A DNA stretch of 64,000 nucleotides from assembly GCF_009834535.1 (NCBI RefSeq), contig NC_045697.1:34288001-34352000 (forward strand), given 5' to 3'. This document shows, piece by piece, positions 12,652 to 26,528 of this stretch. Origin of the DNA: Camelus ferus. Lineage: Eukaryota. Made by a program: the position numbers and the translations under genes. How positions within the stretch are numbered: the first letter of the stretch is position 1; the number at the start of each line of letters is the position of its first letter. The notes beneath the pieces are model-generated. The model was not told where the DNA came from. It saw only the letters and a list, made by a program, of their open reading frames with translations, and did no database searches.

Positions 12652-12826
12652 CCCTCAAAGCAGTGGGCAACTGTCAGAACCCACTTCTTGGCAATGAGGA
12701 CACAGCCACAAATGTGTCCACTGGGTTCACTCTGAAGGGAACACTGCCACGGCCACCTTCCAGGGCGACTTGTCCGACCCCCGAGGATCCTCTTGTACAT
12801 TCGGGCAGCAGGGCGGCGCCCACAGT
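12652..12826 (-). CDS. CORIN: CORIN exon ~19, activation site and start of serine protease domain including catalytic His (175 bp)
   Basis: [59 protein letters not shown]; acceptor gtAG, donor GTaag. Confidence 0.97.
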
Positions 12827-12977
12827 CTACCAAGGAGCAGGAAAGAGGGTGTGACTCACTGCCAAAGCCAGCTAGAGGCTTGCATCTTTGCTGTTACATG
12901 CAAGCCATCATTTTTCCCCTGAGCCAATCCAGTTAAATTAAGTTCATAGCCCATCGTTCCACCACGAATTCTCTCAC

Positions 12978-13027
12978 CTTGTTTAGTACACAGGAGAGAA
13001 ATCTTACTTCTGCTGTGACAAGACTGC
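12978..13027 (-). CDS. CORIN: CORIN exon ~18, end of SRCR (50 bp)
   Basis: QSCHSRSKISLLCTKQ; acceptor ctAG, donor GTgag; 151-bp intron to the next exon. Confidence 0.94.
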
Positions 13028-14089
13028 CTAGGGTTGGAAACATAAAGTGGCACAATATTCAGTTACATATGTATTGTTTATTTCAAACACTTTAACAGTG
13101 GAAAGCAAGACATAGGTTATACCTTGGGCAAGAATTCTCAAGGCAGGGCTATGGTCAGATAGCACCTCAGGGGTCAGAGTATATGAAGGATTTTTTTTTT
13201 AGTGTATTTAGTATCATCACAGTATAATTTCACATTTGTGGAAAGAGAAATGACTGTTAGCAAAGTTTCCCACATTATCTTGGCTGGTGGGAACACCCAG
13301 AAAATTGACTTAAACAATGGTTTTCAAAGTAGGGAGGGGAGGGGAGGGATCAGACAGTTTCTCAGAATCTGTGGTGAGGAGGGAGCATGTCAGATTTTTA
13401 ATCTTGTGGAGAGGGTGTGTGCAAAAGAAGTTGAGAAATCATTTGAGAGAAAGAAAACATTACTTCAAAAAGAGAGCAGATAAAGGAACTGAATATTTAG
13501 ACTGGAAAAGAATCTAGCTGAGACTTTCAATGTGAAACTGTGTATCTATGATTAGCTGACAGGAAACGGGGGGCGGATTAAATTTATTCCATGTCACTCA
13601 GGATGGCACGATCAGAACCAGGAGACAGAATTTATAGGACATGCAGGTTCAGGAAAGGAAGCACTTTCTAAAAGTCAGAGTAAAGCTTTGAAAGCAAGAA
13701 CATGGCTGTGTTTAAGCACCTATCAATGTGGCTGCACAGGAGAATTCAGTTTAGGCTACATTAAATTGTAATCATAAAGCTCTCTTCCATGCATTTATTC
13801 ACAACGTAAACTTAAAAGAAAAAAAAACACTTTGGGACTGTCAAAAATGCTGTGATGTGCTTAGAGTACTAGATCTCTCAGAAAAAAAAAAACAAAAAAA
13901 CCCTAAATATGTCACTTCCACTTTCTTTTTTGAAGATTTACTGTATTTTCATTTCTTACTAAATGTGCATGGAGATATGTTCAATCAAGACAATAAATTA
14001 TATAACACAGGAAAAGCACATTTGTGTCTTGCCTTCTCACAAACTGAAGTTGTATCTCTTCCTGACACTCGAGCTTGTTATCCATAGTT

Positions 14090-14420
14090 CTCTGTAGCAC
14101 TTCCAAATATCTGAGATTCATTTCGTTTATTATTAGCTTATAGTCTCTCTGTCCACCTATAAATCTACGTTTCCTTGAGACCAGGGTCCTTGTCCCCCTC
14201 ATTCACTTCTATATCCCCTCAGACCTTAACACAGAACCTGGTGTAGAAAAGATACTCAATAATTAGTTGTTACATTAGATCTTAAAATCATAGCTTTTAG
14301 GAATAGGAAAAGACCAAAGACTATCTGCCTCAACTCTTTACTTTAAAGGAAACTGAGGTTGTATAGGACCACATATCTAGTTAGTAAGCCAGGACTAGCA
14401 CCAGGCTACTGACTCCCAAT
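14090..14420. mobile_element. L2 3' end followed by MIR fragment
   Basis: ccttgagaccagggtcc...acagaacctggtgtagaaaagatactcaataa (L2 tail); aggaaactgagg (MIR). Confidence 0.6.
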
Positions 14421-15091
14421 TTAGAATGAGTCTATCTATCTATCTATTTATCTATCTGACCTGAAAGGGCTCTTTCGGCATTCCCAATCTGGGAAAACAA
14501 ATCACTCTGTTGAAAAATTCAGGTCCTTGTTTTGGAGGAAGTGCTTCAGCTGACAGCTATTCAGAAATTTGGCTGCAGAGTTAATCTATGGGGAAAATGT
14601 TAAGCCATTCTAAAGAGAAATGGCCCACCTTTAGTTTTCTTCTTTGGAATTCGTAAAAGGTGATTTCTCAAGCACTTATTAAAAGTTCTGGAGTCAGATG
14701 AACTTGGTTTGAGTTCAGAGTCAATCATTTACCATCTGTGGGCTGTGAGTTTTGAGTAAGTTATTTAAATATTCTATGCTTCTATAATGTAATAAACAGT
14801 AAGTAAGTGCTAATTCCTTCACTTTCCTTTCTCCTGCACCCCTACCCATGGTTGAGGGAGGCAGTGTTGCCATGAGTTTTCAGGGGAAATTTTTCAGAAG
14901 CATACTTTCAAGGCTACTTGATCATAATTTCATTTTGTGTCTGTTTTATAAAGGCCAATAGCTATTCTATGGAAGCTCTTTTTCGATGTGACAGATTTGG
15001 ATTATCTTAAATTGGAAACAGAAGGAGAGCCCTGATGATAGACTTTTGCTGCATAATCCACTCTACACAGTTCTTGTGATGGGTGTCTTAC

Positions 15092-15208
15092 CCTTCTACC
15101 AGTAGTCCATGCAAAGTGGTCCCATTAAGGCTTTCCCAGTTGGAGTACAACGTCAGCCACGGTTGGTCTTGCTCCTGTTCCTGAATCAATTTGGTCACAG
15201 ATGGCTCT
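15092..15208 (-). CDS. CORIN: CORIN exon ~17, SRCR domain part 2 (117 bp)
   Basis: EPSVTKLIQEQEQDQPWLTLYSNWESLNGTTLHGLLVEG; acceptor tcAG, donor GTaag. Confidence 0.95.
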
Positions 15209-15898
15209 CTGATAGAAGAGCAAATACCAGATAAATACTCAAAAGACAATGATCTTTGACCAGGCAATATCATTATTTACCACTCATTCTCTTGCAAAAA
15301 AAATGCATTAAATTATTAGTTAATAATTCAAGAGGGGGATTAGTATTCAAAGAAGTTTGATGTGGAATGTGATCAGCAAGAGGGGATGTTGCTTAAAGTG
15401 TACAGAAGCAATGGAGATCCACAGTGTTACAGCTGTTCCAGTCATTCTCTCTACTGACGTGTATCTGAACCTTGTGAAGTGTTATAGTTCTACCCATACC
15501 ACGTAAAAGTTCCAGTACCTAAAAAACAAGAGCAACTTTAGGCAGGGACCAAAAGTAAATTAAAAGTATCTTCCTGGAGTATTTTTTCTTCTCCTTTTTC
15601 CGTACCCAGTGTCATCCTGCAATAAAGCAACCCCTTAAAATAAATAATAAGAGAATCAATAGCCATTTAGTATTTGTTTAGATTGTAAAAATTATAAGCA
15701 AAATTTTTTCAACATATTACAAAATCATTGTGCACTAAAGATTAGGGAGGACTCTAGAAAATAGAGACAGGAGTTAAACAACATAATTTTTTGCTGCTTA
15801 CCTATTTTCTCACTCCACCTCCACCTTACTTACCTATGAATGTCTCGTTCAATCATTCCAATAAATATGGTTGCACTGTACCCAAGATTTAAAACATT

Positions 15899-16126
15899 AG
15901 AGTTTGAGATTAACGGATACACACCACTATATAAAATAGATAAACAAGGGCCTACTGTATAGCACAGGGAACCATATTCAGTTTCTTGTAATAAGCTATA
16001 ATGGAAAAGAACCTGAAAATATATGTGTATATATATATATGTATATGTATAACTGAGTCACTTTGCTGTGCACCTGAAACTAACATTATAAATAAAACAA
16101 TTCAATAAAAAATAAAGTTAAAAAAA
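15899..16126 (+). mobile_element. Short LINE-1 3' end
   Basis: ctactgtatagcacagggaaccatattca...gtcactttgctgtgcacctgaaactaac; A-rich tail. Confidence 0.88.
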
Positions 16127-18576
16127 GTATTTGGTTTTTTATATAAAACTCCTATTCTTCATGACATGGTTCATTTAGGCAATTCATATTTGAAAAACAA
16201 CTTTTGGATTTTTATCACCTGATGCTATCAACAGAAAAGAGGTAGAGGAATTCATTTTAGACAGGAGGAATGAAGGCTTCATCTGAACCTGGAAGGAAGT
16301 GGGAGAGAAGGAAGCAGGGACTTAGTTGGATTTGGAGATGGGGAGAGAATTCATTGAGAAAACTCAAATCAGACAATCAGATTGCCTCTACTTTTCTTTT
16401 CAAGTAGGAGGTGAGCTCCTTGGATGGAAGCTGAGGGTGACAGGGGAGCGCGATGAGGAGGACAGTGACGTGTGTATGGAATTGTTCCCTGATGGAAGTA
16501 TTTGGAGGAACATCTCAAAGATAACTTAGAAGAATGGCAAGCAGCACCGAGGATTGAAATGAACCTGTAAATCTTGAAGGTGTAGTAGCATCAAGTCTGC
16601 ATGCTTCATAACTTTCTTTTTTGATCATGGAATGTCAAGTTTTTGCAAAAAAAAAAAAAGGTGGGAGGGGCCACAGGAAGGGAAGAAAAGTTAAAATCAG
16701 TGGCATTGAAAGAAAAATGATCATTTTACCTGATAGTTGATTATTTTAAAACTACTACAACCACATAACAGAAATAAAAGAAACGAAAACTTCCCCAAAT
16801 CCTGTTATTTCACAAAGAGCAAAACCTTCTAAAGAGAAGACTTAACAACAGAATATGAGCCAAAGATTAAAAACAAAGTGGAGTGCTTAATAATGAATAA
16901 ATTCTAATCACTCAATTTTAAAACAAATGACATAAACCCTGCCCACTCTCTAAGAGACACTGCACAAGACTTAATTTATTTAGAAACTTAAATGCAGCTT
17001 AGATTACATAAAATCTACTGCAAAATGAGAATTTTTTATCTTGACCAAAATGAGGGTCTGGCTTTCTATCAATCCCAGAAGTATTGCATGCAGAGGCACA
17101 GTGGAATGGAAATTACGCAAGTCAGAGGCCACGCATAGGTGTTTCTCTTGATTCTTGCAGCCTGAGAATCCTTTTCTCAAACAGAACTCCCCATGGCCTC
17201 CTAAATCCAGGCATTTTACCAGCAAAAAGCCAAAGGAAGATCAGCTTCAGATCTGTTACTTAATGAAATCCTCCTTCAGGCAGATACAGGGCAACAAGGA
17301 CTTGCACAAGGACAATTCGGGACAGGATTTGTATGGATGCTGGGTGAGAAAATCATTGTAAAGGACACTTCAGTCTTTCAACTCACAGGATCCCTTCAGT
17401 CACCCAGAGGGATGTTTTTGCATTTCATTCATTAGCCTCCAACAAGAAAGGTAATTTAGCCTGAACCTCTCAGTTACATCAAGTGGAAAACCTAAGAAAT
17501 CCATCATCAAGCAGGGAGTGTCATTACAAAAATTAGCTTTCCATGAAATCCTTATACTTCTCACGCACAAAAATAAATCTTTCAGCATTAGAAACGCCAT
17601 CTTACGGTCCATTAAAAAAATTTCAGTGAATCCATGTGGTTCCACTTCTGCCATCGTACTGAATCTGAGCACCTGTGTGATTGCAGCTTTTATTTTTCTT
17701 TAAATTTTTAAAATAACAAAAGTGATACTTATACATGGGAAAAACCCAAACATACAATGAAAAAATATTCTTCCCATCCAAGGTGTATAAAAGCAACCAC
17801 TAAAAGTAGCATTTGTGCATCCTTGCCAAGCTTTTTCTGTATATGCCCCTCTTTTCTTAGTCTATACACATTGTCCTGTGTGGTGTTGATGATGTTTTCA
17901 TTTAATGATTTACCTTGGAAGTCTTTCCATAAGAATAGCTAGATGATGATGATGATGATAATAACCTATTTTCTATAGGTCAAGCCCTAAAAGACTAACT
18001 CATTTTATATTGTTTAAACTTCTCAACAACTTTGTGAAGTATACTTTGTTATCAGTCCCCATTTTGGAGATGAAAAAAATTGAGGCAAAGAGAGAACAAG
18101 TAATTTGCCCAAGGCCACTCAGTGAGTAGACGGTAGAGCTGGTATCTGAGTCCCTGTGGCCTGACATCAGGGTACCACTTCAAATACCGCGAACACTCCG
18201 CAACCCTCCTCTATTAATGGCACGCACCATGTTCTTTTCACGGATGCACAGTGTTCCATTATACAGATGTACATCTGCCTTACCAATTCACTACTGATGC
18301 ACAGGGAGCCTGGTTCCAATTTTTGGCTCTGACAAAAAAGCACCAGTTAACACTCTTAACCATTCACCTTTGCCTACATGCACAAGTATGACTTTAGAAT
18401 AAATTCCTAGAAATAAAATTACTGAACCAAAATGTAAGTTTTTGATGAATAGCATGAATTTCTCCTTCAAAGAGTAATACCAATTTACATACTTATCAAG
18501 AGTAGGTATGTCAATACTTTTTAATTTTTATAACTACATGCATATGATATAAATCATGCTGTTAAAAAGTATGTGG

Positions 18577-18721
18577 CACAGGGAACTATATTCAATACCT
18601 TGTAATGGCCTATAATGAAAAAGAAAATGAAAAGGAATATATATATATATATATAAATGAATCACTATGCTGTACACCAGAAATTAACATAACATTGTAA
18701 ATCAATTCTACTTCAATTAAA
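18577..18721 (+). mobile_element. Short LINE-1 3' end with TSD AAAAAGTATGTGG (18564-18576, 18722-18734)
   Basis: L1 3' UTR motifs and a perfect 13-bp direct repeat. Confidence 0.92.
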
Positions 18722-19223
18722 AAAAAGTATGTGGAACTTGGCAGTTCAAATTTTGTTTGACAACTGGTAATACATTTGAGTTATTCTTTTCCATATTATA
18801 TCAAGAGACAAGGCAATCCTGTTGGGTAGAGAACAAAAGAGCAAAAAAAACCATCTTCCTAGTGATTAAGCATCAAAGTGACTGTATCCTAAGGGAGTCT
18901 GTGCAGGGAATGCAGTCAGGCCTAAATGTTTCCAAATGCAGCCATGAAACCATATATAGAGAAGGGAATTTAAACAACAATCTAGTCCAGTGTCCTCATT
19001 TGACAGTATGAGAAAACTAAGACACAGACATAGACCCAATTCAAACACTTGTGGGGCCCAGAGCAAGAGGACAAATGGAGGCCTACATACTAGATGCTGT
19101 ATGTCTGCATATTTAGATGTTATGAATCAAACTAACAAACTGTTAAAGCAAATGTATTCTATCTTCCCATCCTGACAAATGTATCTTTTAGGTTCAAATA
19201 TAGAATCCTTGGACTCCTTGGAG

Positions 19224-19411
19224 CAGTGGTTTTCAAACTTTAGCATTCATGAGACTTTAACCTGGAGGACCTGTTACAGTGAAGATTGTTGGCCCCATCC
19301 CCAGATTTCTGAATTTGGTAAGTCTGAGATAAGGCCCCCAAATTTGCCCATCTAACAAGATCCCAGGTGATGCAGATGCTATGGTCTGGGACCACACTTT
19401 GAAAACAGCGC
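19224..19411. mobile_element. MER5A-like hAT MITE
   Basis: cagtggttttcaaact...tctaacaagatcccaggtgatgcagatgct...gaccacactttgaaaac. Confidence 0.85.
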
Positions 19412-19514
19412 TCTAGATCAGGCTCCAGGTGGGCATACCTCTTTGGTGGACAGACCCTTTGCCTCATGAGGTGAGATACAGCTGAGGAGGAAGACCAGAG
19501 TGGTCCTTCCAAGT

Positions 19515-19732
19515 CAGGGTTTCTCGCCCTTGATACTACTGACATTTTAAGCCAGATAATACTTTGCTGTGTGGGGCTGTCCTGTGCACTGTAGGGTGTC
19601 CAGCATCATCCCTGGATCCTACCCACAGGATACAACAATCACCACACCACTCCTGGACTGACAATTGAAAAGCTCTAAAGAAATTTCCAAATGGCTCCTC
19701 GGGGCAAAGCCACTACTGATTGAAAAACACTG
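19515..19732. mobile_element. MER20-like hAT MITE
   Basis: actactgacattttaagccagataatactttgctgtgtggggctgtcctgtgcactgtagg...ttgaaaaacactg. Confidence 0.88.
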
Positions 19733-21539
19733 CTCTGAGTCCTGAGGTCCAGGGCAAGGCCCCTCTGCTCTGGAGCTGAAGGCAGCACTACAGAAAAGCA
19801 AGAGGATTTCCCTCAAATTTGCTTCTTGAAATGAGTGGCCATAAAACACATTAAAAAAAAAATGTATACTCCCCCATACCCACAGAAGTGGGAAGACAGA
19901 ACATATCTAGAATTCTGAAACATCCTGATATTCTGAAAGGAGTTATATAGTTCAAGGCTTAGGTGAACAATCAGATCTCTAGACAACTTGGCCTATTCTT
20001 GACTCACTCGCAGGTCACCTAGTGTTTAGGAATAAGGCATCTTATGTTTGTGTTATAATTATGTTGGGGATGTTTACCTTTTAAAGATCAGCACAAATCC
20101 CCCAAAGCCAAAGGCTTCTTTACCTTTGACAGCAAGTGAGTAGTGCAGGAATTACCTAGACACGCTACACATCTCAGTGAAACGATCAGGCCTGGTCTAC
20201 GATAATCTATTCCTGAGGAAAATCATCTGAGATTTCAGCCTCAGTACTGATGGTTAGTCTTGAGATACAAATGCCTTGTGTAGTGGACAGGATACATTAT
20301 TTGTCATTCTAAATATCCTCTTCAGGACTTGGAACATTTCTACTAAACATTTCATACCTGTTTTCAAAAATCTTGCCTTAAACACTGTCATATTATTATC
20401 TCCGTCTGGTTCCTGTAGACTGGACATGTTACTACTGTTAAAAGCTAGGTAAGTTATTTTGTCAAGTAGAAGGATGACCTAGATATATTGACAAAAAAGC
20501 ATCACAGGTTTCAAACAAACATGAATGAACATGACTGGAGAATCACTTGTCTGGTTAGATAGCTCAGTTTACACTTTATATGGCAAAATTCCCATCAATA
20601 GAAATGTTTCAAGAAGAGCATACAGCCTGAGTTTATTTTTACAGTAAATTAAGTATTTAAAAATTATTTTATTGCCATCTTAACTGAAAATACATAATTT
20701 TATTCTTATGTCTACCTCAGAGGTAGAGTATAATAACTATATGAGGCAATGATTTATAGGTACAAGTGACAGAAACTATCTTAAAGAGAAGCAGCTATGG
20801 ATTACAAAATGAATTATAATTTATACAAATTATAGTGTTCATATTTCACAAATTTTTAAAAATCAATGAAACTAAATAATCCATTTCTAATATAAAATTA
20901 TAAAATTGTCACTATTAAACATTATCATCTTAGTGTAAATTAGAAAAAAAGAACAATAAAATAAAGCACTATTTAAAGTAAACATTTCATTAAAGGTAGA
21001 AAAAATAGTCAATCATAAAATTTAATATGTCATTTGATCATTTATAAAAGTTCAGTCTTATAAAACAAACTCAGTAAATAATGTCAGGTTATAAGAGTAT
21101 TTTTGAGCAAAAGTATCTACCTCTTTCAGAATCCACAGCAGTCCAAGTATTCCCTTATGGCTACTTTATCTTCTAAAAATTCCCATTTCTCTTTTGATAA
21201 CTTGGAGGAAAACTTTGGGGACAATTTTTTTTAAGAGACAGACACTCAAGACAGCAACTTAGTTTCTTGTTTGTCTTTACCTTCTTATAGATCATCAGTG
21301 TAAAATTAGAAATAACCAGTTTCAATTGCAATATGTCATTTTTCGAACTCCCAGTCTGTCCCTTCCCACTTTTTTATTCCACTAGTTTAGAAAGACTAGA
21401 CTATTTTTCTAAAAGAAGCCTTGCTTTGTCAACCGCCCTATTCTTCCTTATTCTGAGATTACAGGCAAATAGAAAGTGCATCTTTACTCAATTCAAAATT
21501 TTAAGGCAGAATATGACTCTGGGTACATTACAAGATAAA

Positions 21540-22170
21540 GTAATTCAAACATCAGGATTTTAAAAATATCCAGTTAACAGTACTACAGTAAGAAAAAAAA
21601 TTAGCATTTATTACCTAAAATCATGCCAGAATATCAGAATATCAAAAAGTGGAAATATAATCAACCAGTGTGGATGGTCTTCAGGATGACTGGTGCCTGG
21701 GAACCAAGTGCCTTCAGGACTTTCCATCTCTCATCTCCACTTCTTTCAGTGAGTAGGAGGGAGATGAAATGGGAGGGTGGTTTTATTGACTCCAGGTGAC
21801 TTTCCCACAAGCCAGGAGACAGGCTGCCTGCAGCTATAAACTCAAATCCATTCATCTTTGTGACCAAAAAGGAAAGAAGTCTTCTTTCCCAGGTCCATTT
21901 AAAACAAATCTTACTGAATAACTTTAAGTTTCATAAGAACCAATCACTGTTGCCCAGCAGTGACATTCTTTGATTGGTCCAGCTTGGGTGAGGTACCTAC
22001 CCCTCTACCAATCACTGAGGCCAAGAAAAGTGGGTCATGTACAAAGATGGCCAGCTCCCTCCTGGATCCTAAGGATAGAGTGGGAAATGAAGCAAGTCCC
22101 CAAAATGAAGGAATTCAGGTCCCAAAGGAAGAGAGAAATACAGAAAAGCAACACAATAAATGTCTGCTAC
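21540..22170 (-). mobile_element. Old MaLR LTR (MLT1J/K-like)
   Basis: ttgattggtccagcttgggtgaggtacctacccctctaccaatcactgaggcca motif; boundaries approximate. Confidence 0.5.
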
Positions 22171-22479
22171 CAATGACTTGACTCAAAATTTTTTAGTTCA
22201 GAAGATTATTATGCCTCAGGGTCAAGATATACATGTTTCTTTCTTAGCCTTTGGAAGATGGAGGAAGGGTAAAAGATTGGCTAGAATTTAGACTTGACCA
22301 TGTTCATGAATGACACAATGTGTTATCATTGCAAAAGGGATATTGCCTGGCAGAATTTAAACAAATAATAGTCAGATGGACAAGGGTTATAACTGGTGAT
22401 TAACAAGATTAATAAGCTGGAATGGAAATGAAGACAACACATTGATGTTAGATGGAGTCCCTCCCTCAAGAGAAACAAG

Positions 22480-23050
22480 TTGCAAACATGTGAAAAAATA
22501 ATTTCTGATACTGATAAGTATGTTGAAGAAGACATAGTAAGCAAGTAGAGGGTCCCTCGTTAAGCGCAAAAGCTGCTCCAACTAGGGTCGTCAAGGAAGA
22601 CCTCTGTAAGTAGCTGATACATAAGCTGAGACATGAATGCTGAGGTGGAGGTAATCTTGTTAAGGTCTAGAGATCAGCCTTCCAAACAAAAGGAACAGTG
22701 AAGCCAAAGCTCCCAAATGAGAATGAGCAGACAGCACTTGAACATCAGTAATCAGGTCAATGTGTAAAGTTTAATGGACAAGTTGAGAGTGCTGGGAGAC
22801 TGGGTCAGAGAGGGAGGCAGGGGCCAGATTAGGACTTACAGGTCAGAGTAAGAAGTTGGATTTTGATTCCAAACTATAAAAATAAGAAGAAAAGACCAGT
22901 GGGTTTGGCATTTAGATAATATCATTACTGACTATCCATCTTATCTTGAAGGTAAAAAGCAAAACCAGATAGCAGTAGGTTTCAAAGACAACATGAAGAA
23001 GTTAAGTCATCACCAGGAGTCTCTGCTGCAGTTCAAAAAGGGGGATGCTG
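22480..23050 (-). mobile_element. L2 fragment
   Basis: ctagggtcgtcaaggaagacctct...aagctgagacatgaatg...ggtcagagagggaggcaggggccagatt. Confidence 0.65.
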
Positions 23051-24883
23051 CCATATAAAGACTTAGAAATAACACAAGCCCTTTTAGGTCAATTCCTGAT
23101 GGATCCTCCAGTTGTCCATCTTGTTCTTACCTACCCAGGATCCATTCATATTCATGTCCAATGGCAACGCATTATGACAACTAGAGAATCTGATGTCCCC
23201 AGAGACTTTACAGAGATTGAGTCTTCCCATTCCAGAATCTTTCTGCTCACAATTAGCCCTGAAGTTTCGGCGGAAACATGTGTTTTGACAGCACTTAGTT
23301 CTGAAGAACCCGTGGAAGCCATCTTTGATCTCGTAAACCCTGATGCAAATCTATTTTTTAATGTTCAATATTTTTACCACAAAAATGGAATGTAAGAGAG
23401 CAAAACCCAATCTGATTAATCCAGGGTTTCGCAAAGTTGTATTCCAGTTAATAAAGGTGAATTTTTCTACGCCACTGAGAAGTTTTCATTTAATCTTATA
23501 AATTATTCATTAACTCGACTGACACAGTTTGAGATTCAGTTTGCTAACACATATCCAAATTCTTGGCAGAGCTTGCTGCTTGTGATCATATGGAAATGCT
23601 CTTGGGACAACTGGTAGACTTATCTTGCTCTTGCTTATTAAAGCCTCATACCAAGTGGTTTCATGGAAGAACTTTTAAAATATTTCCCCTTCCTTTAGGC
23701 GGTAAGCACTCTTTCAGGAAAATTCTTCTTCCTCCTCACCCCGCAATGTTTCAGGAAACACTACAGTCACACATTGGACTTTATAATTCTCTTCTCACCC
23801 AGGCTGCCATTTAACCAGCAGCTTCCTGGGAATGTGATAAGAAGTTAATTTCCCATGCCCAATCTACTGTGCCTGCCAGAGAAGCTATGAAGCTGCTCTG
23901 TGAAAGAAAATAACATAAATTTACTTCATTTGACTTCTATTTAGAATACTCCAAGTAGTAAGTACTACTTACTACTATATGACTTTTCAAAAAAATGAAA
24001 AACACTGGAATTGTGGTCCTGCATGATGCAATTTCCATCACCACCACCTCCTCATTGCTATCCACTTAAAAATCCTACAAAATAAGATCAGAAGGTGGTA
24101 TTAAGACTTGCCCTAAAACTCCCATGTAAAGCAATACTAAATGGGGTTGATGAATAACCTGGTTGGCCACACCAATCATGGCATGTTTACTGAATAACTG
24201 GGTGTCATATGGGATCTAATCCTGGTATCCGAGAGGTCTCTTGCTCTTGCTTGGATTTACATCCTAGTTCTGTATTTTTCTGTGACCTAGCAAAGTTCCT
24301 TGGCCTTCCTAAACCTCAGTTCCACCATACGTAAAGTAGAAAAAAACTACTTATCTTACAGGATTATAATGTGCATAAATTGTGACAATACGTATCAAGT
24401 ACGTAGAACAGCCTGGCACATCACTAAGGTTAGCCATTACTATTTTGTGTACCCTAGTCTTTGAAACAAATGAAGAATCAAAAAAATATATACAAATGAT
24501 ATACAGCATTCTAGAATTAAAAAGGATAGTGTGTAGTGTTGATTTTTAAGTACCGCAGGAAATTCAGGCAAAAAAGATCAAGGAGATGAGAAAAGCTTCA
24601 GAAAAGCCATAAGGCTTGAGTGAGGTCCTGAGAATCTGGATAGAAAATGTAGAAAATGATGCATCTATAGACACAGAGGCAGAAGCAGGAAGGAATGTGC
24701 CTACAGAACACAGATAAAAGACCAGCCAGTCCGAAAAGAGAAGGAACATATAAAAGGATAGGAAGTTGAAGAAAGACACACTAGTTTATGGTGGGCCTAC
24801 CAGCTGGGGAAAATAGTCCATACTTACTTGACTTGAAAACATTTATATGTGCAATGAACTTTGGACAGAAAATGATTTATTTC

Positions 24884-25238
24884 TGCCTCGTCCGTTCAGG
24901 CCTCTACAACATATTACCATAGACTGGGTCGCTTATCAACAACAGAGATTTATTTCCCATAGTTCCAGAGCCTGGGAGGTCCAGGTCCGATGAAGGTAGT
25001 GGCAGACTGGTGCCTGGTGAAGGCCCACGTCCTCGATCACAGGCAGCCATCTTGCTGTGCCAGCACTTGATGGAAGGGCGTCTAGGGAGTCTCTTTTATA
25101 GTCACTAATCCCACTCTTGGGGGCTCCACTCCTATGTCCTCATCACCTCTCAAAGTCCCCACCTCTTAATACCATCACATGGGGGGTTAGGATTTAGCAT
25201 CTGAATTCAGGAGGCACATAAGCACTCAGTCTATAGCA
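24884..25238 (-). mobile_element. MaLR solo LTR (MLT1A-like)
   Basis: taccatagactgggtcgcttatcaacaacagagatttatttc...ccccacctcttaataccatcacat...cagtctatagca. Confidence 0.85.
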
Positions 25239-25359
25239 GCTGAACATAATGTTTGTCCTATGGCAGGGAGGGCTCTGTTAGAAATTCAGTCATGGGACAG
25301 CGAGAGCTTTTAGGGAAATGGAAGCAGCAAAGGACTCCTAGCCCTGTTTCCCTCACCAG

Positions 25360-25770
25360 TCACTGCCTGTATTTCATTGCTTCTCTTTTCAGCTAAATTC
25401 CTCAAAAAAAAAAAAAGCTCTATACTTACTGTCTTTTGTTTCTTTCTTCCTATTATCTCTCAGGCTTTTGCCCCCTCACTCCACTGAATCTGCTCATGTC
25501 AATGACACATATTGCTGAAACCAACGGTCATTTTCAATCCTGATTTTACTACTTGACTTCTCAGCAGCATTTTCTATAACTGACATCACTTCTTCCTTGA
25601 TATGCTTTCTTCACTTGGGTTCCAGGCTATCACAAACTCCTACCCCACTGCTTGTTCTTTTTCACCTCCTTTGCCTTGCTACTTCGCTTCCTCCATCTTC
25701 CTAATGTTAGGGTTCAGCCCTTGGTCTTCTTATCTTCTCTCTATATATTCACTCTCTTGGTCACCCAGAT
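25360..25770 (+). mobile_element. L2 fragment
   Basis: cactccactgaatctgctc...ttgacttctcagcagcattt...cttccttgatatgctttcttcacttggg. Confidence 0.7.
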
Positions 25771-25799
25771 GAAAAAATGAGCAATATCATTGTTGAACA

Positions 25800-26528
25800 C
25801 ATTGAGTACACATAATCAAAAAAAAAAAAAAGGACAATAACAAAAATATGGGGAAATTGGAACTCTTACATATTGCTGGTGGAGTATAAAATGGTGCAGC
25901 CCTTTTGGAAAATAGATTGGTAGTTATTCAAAAAATTAAACATAGAGTTACCATTTGACCCAGTAAGTCTAGTCTTAAGTATATATCCAAAAGAAGTGAA
26001 AGAATATATATTCACACATAAAAACTTGCACATGAATGTTCATAGCAGCATTATTCATAATAGCCCAAAAGTGGAAACAACCCAAATGTCCATGAATTCA
26101 TGAATGGTTAATCAAAATGTGGTTCTATCTACACAGCAGAATATTATTTAGCATAAACAGGAATGATGTACTGATACCTACTACAACACGGATGAACCTT
26201 AAAGACGCTGTGAAAGGAACCTTAAAAACTAAGTGGAAGAAGCCAAACCAAGAAAGCACATATTGCATGGGATTCTATTTATGTGAAATGTGCACAACAG
26301 ACAAATACATAGAGACAGAAAGTAAATTAGTATTGTTTAGGAGTTAGGGGAAAGAAGAAATGGGGAGTGAGTGCTAAAGAGCATAGGGTTTCTTTTTCAA
26401 GTGATGAAAATGTTCTGGAATTAGACAGCGATGATGATTACAGCTTTGTGAACATACTAAAAACAACTGATTCGTACACTTTTCAACAGTGATTTTTATA
26501 TGAATATATCTTAATTAAAAAAAAAAAC
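25800..26528 (+). mobile_element. Old L1M (L1MB-like) 3' part
   Basis: tgctggtggagtataaaatggtgcagcc, aatgttcatagcagcattattcataatagccc, gatgaaaatgttctggaattag. Confidence 0.88.

Noticed and set aside
17400..17703. Opposing ORFs in intron 16
   Set aside because: No recognisable product; not required for the CORIN frame, since exon 16 joins exon 17 in phase.
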